Shown: positions 24,801 through 35,282 of the stretch, piece after piece | Layout of the letters: every line of letters starts with the position of its first letter | Position numbering within the stretch: position 1 is the first letter of the stretch | DNA from: Vitrella brassicaformis CCMP3155 | Taxonomy: Eukaryota; Protista; Chromerida | Reading direction: 5' to 3' | Assembly (NCBI GenBank): GCA_001179505.1 | Contig: CDMY01000748.1 | Location: 186,001 to 250,000, forward strand | Length of the DNA stretch: 64,000 nt | Notes under the pieces: model-generated | The model's database searches: none | Told to the model about the DNA's origin: nothing | What the model saw: only the letters and a program-made list of their open reading frames with translations | Position numbers and translations under genes: made by a program

Positions 24801-25543
24801 GTGCGAGCGATCGTCCGTGTGTCTGTGTGTCTGTGTGTGTGTGCGCCTCAGTTTGTGTTTCCTCTCCGGGCGATCTTCCACGCGGTTGGCGGCTTTTACT
24901 ACCTCACCAAATGTGTCAGCATGGGGGGCGCATTCAGCTGCCTCCCGGTCAGTCAGTCAGTCCTTGCAGCGCATCAAGGCATGAAGGCGCACCACATCGG
25001 CATGTCTCTCTCTCTCTGTGTGTGTGACTTGTCTGGTGTGCAGGCTTTGGACTCCTCTCCGCAGAATGTCGTGGCTGCGGGCAAGTTCGGTGGGACGGAG
25101 TGTCTGGTGCGGGTGGAGCAGGGCAGAGGCCACCACATGCAGAGCAAAGGGCGGGTGGCCATCCGGTCGCCGTCATACGTCATCAACAGAGCACTCAAGG
25201 CAAGCAAGCTGCAGCTGACACACACGCAGAACAAACACCCAACAGACAACGCGTGACTTGTGTGTGTGTGTGTGTGTGTGTGTGTCTGTGTGGTCAGAAT
25301 GTGTTTTTGGACATGTTGGCTGAGGTCGGTGTGGAGGACCCTCTCGACAGACTCATCGAAGTCACCGAGAAGGAGAGACCAAGAAACACCAGAAGGTGCG
25401 CAAATCCAGCCGCTTGCCGATGAGGGCGTCTGCCCATGTGTGTGTGTATGTGCAGCTTTGCGTCGTACGAGTCGAACCATCCCTTGACGACCTCTGTGCG
25501 GGGCGGAGACGCCGGCGCCGGCAGGGAGAAGAGGGCCAAATGA
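17901..25543 (+). CDS. VHS - GAT-like - coiled coil - alpha-adaptin ear (appendage) protein
   Basis: VHS end IEKWARQY...TRDKLKKEG|VSFP; GAT-like DLLEKCQK|ELSFWEGR...DIADVTHKLGEAIAAYDK; heptad exons at 21.6-22.8 kb; ear LLARQGLLYEDKSIE...QPFDDTPVLELTY...LRLPLP...MDPVTMGPSDFFDRW...LDSSPQNVVAAG...CLVRVE...VAIRS. More than 25 small exons. Confidence 0.8.
19900..20199. other. Assembly gap (300 N) inside an intron
   Basis: N run after donor cg|gtgagt, flanked by G-rich sequence on both sides. Confidence 0.99.
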
Positions 25544-26176
25544 GCGCAGCGCATCCAGCTGTGAGGAATGGAGGGGGCGATGAAGCGGAACCATGTCTCA
25601 CCAGGGCAGGCTGAGGGGCTGAGTGGCACGTGTCCATGATGCGCTACGAAACATCGGTCTGAGCATTCGCTGCTGGAGAATTCACCAAGTTTATTCCGTC
25701 TTCATCTGTGGGCATCACTGCGTGATTCCTTCCTCCTTGTGCGAACACGTATTGATTGAATGAAATAATAAAGGCCATGGTTCGTCATCACACAACACAC
25801 GCGAGGGGCTCACCTTCTCTCACTCAGATGCAGACACACATAAATCACTCACCACACAAATCACGTGCACTGCTGACATGAAAGCTTCATCGCACGGCCC
25901 GTCCGTCGATCGGTCGCCGAGAGATATCTATGACAGCGGCTCCACACCACACCACGACTCACACACGCAATGACATCCACGAATTCATAGCTAGATACAG
26001 GAGAAGACACTCGATAAGAATCACGCAACGGGCAGCACGTAGAGGCAGCGAAAGGGACGCAAATGGGAAGAGCAGCAGACCAGTGCAGTGACGCTCGTCA
26101 CAGTCGAGAATGCCCGCCGACATGCACAGTGACGCTCTCAACCACCACACACAGTGTCCCTCTGCCAGTCACTCAC

Positions 26177-28782
26177 TCACTCCTCGCCCACCCCCTCCTG
26201 CCCGTCCGCAACGGCGAGCACGCTGGCCATCGACGCAAGCACACGTGCAGGGTTGTTCGTCTTGTAGTTCTGCAGCACCTCGTACGCCATGCCGATCTCC
26301 TGGAAGCGCTGAGTGTCTCCGCCCCTGTCCGGGTGGTAGATCTTCGCCAACACGCGATACTTGCGCCGGACCTCGTCGAAGCTGGCGTCAGGGTGGACGC
26401 AGAAGATCTCGTCAGCGATCTGCTTGGCCCTCTCCATCGCCTTCATCCACTCCTCGCGCAGCTTGGCCATCGCCTGCTCGATCTTGTCGATCTTCTCCTC
26501 TTTGGTCAACGGCACCAAGGCCTCGGCAAGGCTGCTCGTCAGACCATAATGGCAGTCGACAGACCCGCAGGCAATGCTAGCGGCCAAGACCCCGAGGCCG
26601 ACCAATGGGGCGAAGGGGCCGCTGACGGGGATGAAGGCAGCACAGCTGATGCCCAGGTTCACCGCAGTGCTCGCAGTGGTGCCAAATGCTTGCCGGCTGC
26701 ACTGCCTCCACGTCAGGTCTCCCTTCCAGCAGGTTCTGTACGCCACATCCCACATTATGGACACCACTCCACACCCCACCATGGCGATCACGCCGGTCGA
26801 CTGGGAGAGGCCCTTGAAAGCCTCGGCAGCGACTGTCGCCTCCTGGAGGGCGTATTTGGCTGCCTGCTTCTGCAGTAGGCGAGAACCGACGTGGCAGCCT
26901 CCGCCCCATAGCGCCCCAATCCCAGCGCCTTTTGCAGTGTCCGCAGCCACCAGCAGCCCAACCTCCTCCCACTTCCACTCGGGCATCTCGGCCAGCTCTC
27001 CGCGTCTGTATGCCTCCTGCCCCTGCTTGTGCTGCAGGTACCGGCTGCCGAGGGACATGGCACCACTCACAGCCCCCCCGACCACAGCGGCCGTGCGTGC
27101 CGCTCGCATAGCCCCTCCTGTGACGCTCTGGTTCGCCTGCAGCTTCAGCTCTTGCCTCCGCTGCATTGCCTGCCACTGCTCCTCGGACAATTTGAGCAGG
27201 CCGTTGATCTCGTCTCGTGTGGGGTTCCCGCTTGAGACCTCTCCATGCTCGAGCTTGTCGCTGCTGTTTGCTGTAGCCTCAGACACTTTCCCCTTGCGAG
27301 TCACATCGGTCTGCACGTTCTTCAGATGGTCTTGAGGGACGACGTAGTCGATATCGCCAGGGGTGGTCTGAAGCAGCTCCTCCTGAAGGCAAACAGACAC
27401 ACAGAGACGAAAGAGGAGTGACATGCGGTACTGTATGTCCGCTATCTATGCATCTCTGCCCACCCGGACTCCTGGCGGCAGGTTTTTCATGTTCGTGAAT
27501 TTCTCCATGTAGCCCTTGAGGGTGTCAGCGTCGGAGTACTTGGCCTTGTGGCCTCGCACATGCCTCTTGGTTGCTGATGAGTTGGCGTACGCCTTGGTCT
27601 GGATGCGCTTGACAACCTGCTGCCCGACGGGAAGGCTCTTATCCACAATGATGATGTCCACGGGCCCGTTCCCCCCCAGACGAATCGCCTGCACGTCTTG
27701 ATTGCCCTTCATCTGCGCATTGTAGTTGAAGCTCGACGTCAGGTACTCCTCGTACTCAAAGCCGTGCCTCCCCTTTGTGTGGGCAGCCCATTGAGTGCGG
27801 ACGCCCTGAAAACTCTCGCGCATGTCCGCCACCTTTTCGTTGTAGCTGTCGGCTGCCTTGTTGTACTCTGCGATGTACTTGTTCTCGGCCGCGGTCCGGG
27901 TGTTGTTGAAGTCGATCCCGCCCTGCTCGACGCCAGTAGTTGTGCCGTGGGCAGCACCAAACACAGAGCTGGCGGAAGCCGAGGGTGTCGTGGATGGTGG
28001 AGGGCTCTCGTGCTCAGGTGGCGCTGACGAAGCGATGGGCAGCTGGCCAGGCTCCTCATTGTTGCTATCTGACCGACCAGCAGACAACACACACTCACAC
28101 ACGTGTGAGACTGACGAACACTGGACATCCATCCTCTCTGTTCACTTACACTACACTCACCCGCAGTGCCCTGGAGCGCCTTCTTCTCTTGCTGCTTCCG
28201 CTGGAGATTGACGTTGAGGTTGTTAGCCGTCGTGCGGGTGCCCCTGATCGCCTCTGTCAGGGCACCGTCGAGGTTGACACTACTGACGGTGTGCAGTCGG
28301 AAGGAGTCGCTGTAGACGAGTGCCTTGAGGTGAAGGCGCTCGTAGGGGCCGTGGCCGACGGTGTACGTGCACTCCCACGTCCTTGTGGAATCGCCACTCA
28401 CCGCCTTCCACAATATCTTGAGTCTCACAATCTCGCCACGCTCCACAGATGCCACGAAGCACGGCACACTCTCGACTTCCTTCTCTTTCCTCCTCCGCTC
28501 GATAAGGAACGTGGCAGCAACAACTAGGGCGACTGGAATGGAGAGTCTCATCTCAGATCTCTTTCCAGCCGTCGTCAGGTCGTATCTCCTCTCAATCAGA
28601 GCCATTCTGAGAGGGTCCTTTCTCCGGCACTTGCTCAGTCGATGAGTGGTGCTGCAAGAGCATCGCTCAATCTCCAGCTGCTCGTAAGAGGCTCCGCTGA
28701 AGGGCAGAGGGTTGCGGGGGTCGTGGCCCTTCTCCGCTGGGATGGAGTAGTTGTCACACGATATCTGGAGCTCGACTGACAT
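26177..28782 (-). CDS. Unknown N-terminal domain + PD-(D/E)xK-like domain + glycine-zipper/hydrophobic region + C-terminal DnaJ domain (3 exons)
   Basis: Exons 28782-~28163, ~28070-~27463 and ~27385-26177 join in frame (G|AT phase 1; CGG|GAG phase 0). Motifs: GFEYEEYL..FN...GPVDIII...RIQTKAY; VVGGAVSGA, GAGIGALWGGG; EVRRKYRVLAKIYHPDRGGDTQRFQEIGMAYEVL. Confidence 0.75.
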
Positions 28783-29168
28783 CGTCGCCGAAAGATTGTG
28801 ATAGATCTCGCCCTCTCATCCCACAGGACACCAAATCTGATGCACACGACTGACCTGTCAACCATTACGCGACACACGTGACGACAGAACAAACAGAGAT
28901 GAACGTGTTGATCTCGGACAGAGTCTGGGTGGCCGTGCTGTCATCTGACCTACCTGTTGTTTGTCGTTTCTTGACTCCGGGGGAGAGGGGGGGAGAAGGA
29001 AAGGCACGGCGGCGAGCCACAGAACGATCGCACGCCTTTCCCTTCAGAAAGCGAGGTTCCGCATCGTATGAGACCAGCCATAAGAGCTCCCACCTGTGGT
29101 CTGAAAGCATTCGATTCATCAACAACAGAGATCAAGCGACAAATCGGGCGTGTGTCGTGACTGTCGCT

Positions 29169-32100
29169 ATGGTCGTGTGGCTGTTTGCCGTCCTCCTGGT
29201 GCCCTGGGCGGCTGTCGATGGGTTTGTGCGGCCACCACTCACACCGCTGCAGCCGCAGATGCAGCCCACATCACGGCTGGATGGCTTCCACCGCATCAGC
29301 CGACTCAGAGGACGTCAGCCAACACCGACACACATACAGATCTCACGCTGCAGTGAACGTCACTCTGACTGTGTGTGTGTGTGTGTGTCTGTGTGTGTGT
29401 CTGTGTCTGTGTCTGTGTCTGTGTCTGTGTCTGTGTATCTGTGTAGGGCGGTGTGTTGCCGCCATGAGTGGAGAACCGGTTGGGCTGTTGGATGGTCAGT
29501 TCGTCCATGGGGATGGCAAAGGCGGTTATGAGTTGGTGGTCAATGGTCAGCGGTTGGCCATCAAGCCGTCGTTCCACTCGCACATCAAGTTCTGCATCGA
29601 ACCCGACAAGTGAGCGACCTGAAGACCCAGACACAGACAGGTGTGCTTCCACCCTCGACTTGGTGCTGGTGGTCAGGTCATCTGTCGGCACCGATAAAGG
29701 CCAAGAGAATAAGGAAGGCGATCAGCTACCAGCACCCGCACCAACCCCAGCAGCGAGACCAGCGGCAGATGAAGGGACGGCGGACAGCAAAGACAACGAC
29801 ACGACTGACGATGGCTTCGTCCAGCACCTTTCTGGCGCACTTCACAAGGTGGTGCGGCAGGGCAGTGGCAGAGTGCCGACGGCCAACGACACCGTCAAGT
29901 TCGACGAGATTGGGTGGTTTGATGACTTTCACGGCCAGGAGAAAGCCTTCGATGACCGTGGGTTCGAGTGGCGTGTGTCTGATCTGGCTGACTGGTGGCG
30001 TGAGGCGATACTGTCGATGCGCGAGGGGGAGGTGAGGCAGATCATACGGCCAGCCAGATATTCTGTCCGCTACCTTCAGCTGCGGTTGATCGGCATTATA
30101 AACGACGCGTGAGTAACACTGTCACACAGGCACATTTGCTTTCATCCCGACTTGGTGCTGGTGGTCAGGTCGGCTGTCGGCACCGATAAAGGCCAAGAGA
30201 ATAAGGAAGGCGATCAGCCACCACCACCCTCACCGACCCCAGCAGCGGGACCAGCAGCAGATGAAGGGGCGGCGGACAGCAGCGACAACACGGCCGACGA
30301 TGGCTCCGTCCAGCGCCCGTCTGGTGCACCTCACAAGGTGGTTCAGCAGGACAGCGGCAGAGTGCCCACAGCCGACCAGGCCGTCAGTGTGGGTGTGACC
30401 AATGGCAATGACGCCACACTGCGGCGTCAGGAGGTCTCATCGCCAACCACAGCAAGTGGCCAGGGCGGCGGCGATGTGTTTGCTCAGTCGTCGTTGGGTG
30501 TGTTTTATCAAGTGGTGCGGCAGGGCAGTGGACCCAAACCGACACGTAAGCAACGAGTCAAGATCGACTACATCGAGTGGACTGATGACTTCGACGGACA
30601 AGACAAGAGATGGGACAGGCGTGGGTGGGAGTACCCTGTGTATGCTGAGCGTAATGAGTGCATCCATGAGGCCCTCACTGACATGCGTGTGGGTGAGGTG
30701 CGGCGTATTGTGGTGCCGGCCGGGCTCAGCATCACTGGGAAGGAAGGCTTCGTCGAGATGCGGCTATTGGACATCTGGTGAGTCGAGCTCATCCACACAC
30801 GTGTGACGATTGGTGTGCGCCACGTCATTCACTTCGTGTGTGAGTGGTGCTCCTCCTCTCCCCTTCAATGTTCCCTTTGCCAGGACTCCTGTGGGCTTCA
30901 GACAGATGCCGTCTGGCGTCTACTTTCAGGTGGTGCAGCCGGGCAGTGGGCCAAAACCGACAGGTGACCAACGCGTCAAGTATGACTTCATCCAATGGGC
31001 TGACGACTTCGATGGAGATCCAGTACACGAGAAGCGTGGGGAGGTGGATTGCCCGTCCGACTGTGATGAGTGGGAGGAGGAGATGTGGACTGACATGCGT
31101 GTGGGTGAGGTGCGGCGTATTGTGACGCCGGCCGGGCTGATCAACAAATGGACGGAGGATTTCATCGAGTTGCGGCTTTTGGACATCCTGTGAGTCGGGG
31201 TACATTCACACATGTGTGAGGATTGGTGTGCGTCATGGCATTCACTTCGTGTGTGTGTGGGTGTTGCTCTTCCAGTCCTCTTCGGTATTTCTTTGCCAGG
31301 ACTCCTATTGGCCCCGAGCGGCCACCATCACCACCAGCAGCAGCAGCTACGACGGCGTCTAATAACGACAGCAGCCATGAAGGATTCACTCTGTATCCCT
31401 CTGGAACCTATCATCAAGTGGTCAAAGAGGGCAGTGGGCCCAAACCGACGCATGACCAGTGGGTCAAGTACGACGTCATCGGGTGGCACGACGACTTCGA
31501 CTTGCAAGAGAAGGAATTTGAGGAAGGTCGGTGGGAGTTGCGTGTGTCTGAGTGCACTGAGTGGGTCCAGGAGGTCGTCACTGACATGCGTGTGGGCGAG
31601 GTGCGTCGGGTCGTCGTGCCGGCCAGACTGAGTGTCACTGGCAAGGAGAGATATATCGAGTACAGGCTGGTGGACATCATGTGAGTCGGTACACATTCAC
31701 ACACGTGTGCGGACGTTGATGTGACTCGCGGCATTCACTTCGACTGTGCGTGGTGCTCTTTGCTTTTTTGCCAGGAATTCTGTCGGCCCCGACTGGCGAC
31801 CACCACCACCAGCAGCAGCTCCGACGGCACCTAAGAATGACAGTAGCCATGAAGGGGCGGCGGACAGCAAGGGCGACGACACGACTGACGATGGCTTCGT
31901 CCAGCGCCCGTCTGGCGCACTTCATAAGGTGGTGCGACAGGGTAGTGGCAGAGTGCCCACACTCCACGAGCGCGTCAGGTATGACGAGATTGGGTGGCGT
32001 GATGGATTCGACGGCCAGGAGAAAGCCTTCGATGACCGTGGGTTGGAGTGGCGTGTGTCTGGTGGGCCGATGAGTGAGTGAGGCGATACTCTCGATGCGC

Positions 32101-34063
32101 GAGGGCGAACTTAGGCGCCTCATTACGCGAGATGGGAAGTACATCGAGCTGCGGCTGATCGGCATTATCGACGAGGAGTGAGAAACATCCACAAAAGGCA
32201 CGGCATTCACTTCGTGTGTGGGTATTTCTTTCTCTCCTCTTTGGTATTTTCTTTACCAGCACTCCCGTCGGCTTCACAAAGATGCCTTCTGGCGCCTACT
32301 GTCGAGTGGTGCAGCCGGGCAGTGGGCCAAAACCGACAGGTGACCAACGCGTCAAGTATGACTTCATCCAATGGGCTGACGACTTCGATGGAGACAAAGT
32401 ATGGGAGAGGCGAGGGGAGGTGGATCGTCCGTCCGACTGTGATGGGTGGGAGGAGGAGATGTGGACTGACATGTGTGTGGGTGAGGTGCGGCGGGTCATC
32501 CTGTCGGGCTCATTGAGCACCACTGGGGAGGATGCTTACATCGAGATGCGGCTATTGGACATCCGGTGAGTCGGGGCACGTCCACACACGTGTGAGGATT
32601 TGTGTGCGTCACGGCTTCACTTGGTGTGTGTGGGTGTTGCTCCTCCTGTCCTATCCGGCATTTCTTTGCCAGGACTCCTGTCGGCCCCGAGCGGCCACTA
32701 CCACCACCAGCAGCAGCAGCTACGACGGCGCCTAATAATGACAGCAGCCATGAAGGATTCACTCTGTACCCCTCTGGAACCTATCATCAAGTCGTACAGC
32801 AGGGTAGTGGGCCCAAAGCGACGCGTGAGCAGAATGTCACGGTCGACATCATCGAGTGGCGTGATGACTTCGACGGACCAGACAAGAGATATGATCTCCA
32901 TGGGGTGGTAGGTCTTGTGTCTTCCTGGGCTGAGTGGGAGCAGGAGATCCTCACTGACATGCGTGTGGGTGAGGTGCGCCGCGTCCTCGTGCCGGGCAGA
33001 CAGGAGGAGAGATACCTCGAGTACAGGCTGGTGGACATCCGATGAGTCGGGCACATTCACACACGTGTGAGGATTGATGTGCGCCACGGGACTCATTCAT
33101 ATCTGCGCATTGCTCTTTGGTATTTTCTTGTCAGGAATTCTGTCGGTTCCGAGCGGCCACCACAACCACCACCGCCACCGTCAGCAGCAGCAGCACCGCC
33201 ACCACTAGCAAGAGAAGAAGCGGCGGCCAGCGATGGCAGCAGGAGGCGGTCGACGGGCGTGTTGTCTCGGGTGGTGCAGCAGGGCAGCGGTCCCACACCG
33301 ACCCGTGACCAGCACATAAAAGCCGACATTATCGAGTGGGCTGACGATTTTGACGGCCAGGACAAGAGAGGGGAGGGCAGTGGGCTGGAGTTTGGTCTGT
33401 CTGATGTACGTGAGTGGCTCCAAGAGATGTGGACTGACATGCGGGTGGGTGAGGTGCGGCGGGTCACCCTGCCGGCCGAGATGAGCACTACTGGCAAGGA
33501 TGCTTACGTCGAGATGCGGCTACTGGACATCACGTGAGTCGGGTTACATTCACACACGTGTGAGGATTGACGTGCGTCATGGCATTCACTTCGTGTGTGC
33601 GTGGTGCTCTTTGGTGTTGTCTTTGCCAGGACTCCTGTGGGCTTCGGCCGACCACCACCACCAGCAGCAGCACCTACGACGGCGCCCAATGATGACAGCA
33701 GCTATGAAGGATTCACTCTGTACCCCTCTGGAACCTATCATCAAGTGGTCAAGGAGGGCAGTGGGCCCAAACCGACGCATGAGCAGTGGGTCAAGTACGA
33801 CAGCATCGAGTGGCGTGATGACTTCGACGGACGAGACAAGATAGGCGAGACGCGTGGGGGGGTTTATCGTGTGTCTAGGTGTCTGGTTTTAGAGTGGTTC
33901 AACGAGATCATAACCGACATGCGTGTGGGTGAGGTGAGGCGGGTTTTTTGTCCCGGCGGAGGGGGGACAGGACACGTGCTTCGAAGAGTACAGGCTGCTG
34001 GCGATTTGTGATAGTGAGATTGAGTGTGAGAATGAAGGCATTGATCTTAGTGAATGTGCCTGA
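29169..34063 (+). CDS. Signal peptide + unnamed module + nine tandem FKBP-like exon cassettes (three carry lesions)
   Basis: Exons 29169-29313, 29447-29609, 29677-30108, 30169-30777, 30884-31189, 31300-31680, 31775-32177, 32260-32565, 32673-33041, 33135-33533 and 33630-~34011/34063. All cassette junctions are phase 2. Confidence 0.75.
29677..34011 (+). repeat. Tandem exon-intron repeat array with higher-order structure
   Basis: Cassettes 1 and 5 share TTDDGFVQ..SGALHKVVRQGSGRVPT; 3 and 6 share VVQPGSGPKPTGDQRVKYDFIQWADDFDGD; 4, 7 and 9 share GFTLYPSGTYHQVV. Most introns share gtgagtcgg..cacacgtgtg..ggcattcacttcg. Confidence 0.92.
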
Positions 34064-35282
34064 CTGACTGACTCGTCGATCGATCGGCAACAGCGGAGCT
34101 CGAGGGCGGGCAAAGAGAGTGACGCTGACGGGTGAATGCGTGGATGGATGCAGGAGCGTCTGTAGGTCGTTCTGGCCTTCCAGGTATCTGTTGATCTCTG
34201 CATGTCGTTGACTGACTGGCAATTGTCACTTCCGCAATGCTGGGCGCATCTGCTGGACGCTTGTGTGCAGATGTAGGCGATGGATGGACCGGTGTGTGTA
34301 GGGGCGTCAGACAGGTCTTCAGTGGGGCTGGGTGGTCGGATGGCGACGGGTTGAATTGTGATGTATGTGATAACGACCCAATTTGTCCGTTATGATGAGC
34401 ACAAACATCAGAGTCACCGAGTCATTTGCGTCAGTGTGAAACACAATACATAGACACACACGAGAACGACATGTCACATCGGTGGCCACAATGAATAAAC
34501 GCATAGGTGGCCTGAATGAATGAATGCATGAAGGCAGACAGCACTCACCACCTCCCACACACGCACTGCCGCGACACCCACGAGCAAAGAGCTCACAGGA
34601 TGACCACAAGCCGTGAGCTCACAGCACCCAATCCGCTCACGCAGAGAGGACACGTGAGAGAAAGACGCCAAGCAACCGGAGAGAGAAAAAGGCTCCAGCA
34701 TCAGACAGATGGCCTTGTCGTATGGCTGACCTCGCCCACTCATCTATACCACGCACACAAAAAACTCGCCCACGCCCTTCATCAAGACTGCATCGGATCA
34801 GACAGCCATGCATTCGCGTTGAATAAAAGCAGCCACACACACACATACACACACACCCACAGAGAGAGGGAGAGAGGGCGAGAGAGAGAGAGATGCCGGC
34901 ATTTCTGCTTCTTTTGATTGCACAGACACGAAGAAAACCGTCACAGTTTCTCAGCCGATGGATGCCAAAAAAGCCCCACTCCTCACTCGTCGATAAACGA
35001 ACACATGACATGACGTCCACCGGCCGCCGAGAGATACAGCGACTTCACCACACCCAATCAATGCACTCACACATCGATGTGTGTGTGGATGGACGTGAGT
35101 GGCAGCCAAGGCGCACACACTAAGACAGATGACCAGAGTTCCACGCCCCGCACCAACGCAACTCTAGCAGGGCCATGCAGTGGCAAACGCGGACAAGCTG
35201 CTTGCCATAAAAAATGAAACATGACTGCCGGATGGCGCCACCGCCGCAATGCACACACAGCAGACACACCAGGAGGCAGTGC

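Noticed and set aside
27446-28782. REase-like gene as part of a transposon or non-LTR element
   Set aside because: No RT, transposase, terminal repeats or target-site duplication seen; it has ordinary introns and a J-domain.
29677-34011. Regularly spaced repeats read as a CRISPR or other non-coding array
   Set aside because: Units are 400-700 nt, protein-coding, bounded by splice sites, and there are no cas genes; the context is eukaryotic.
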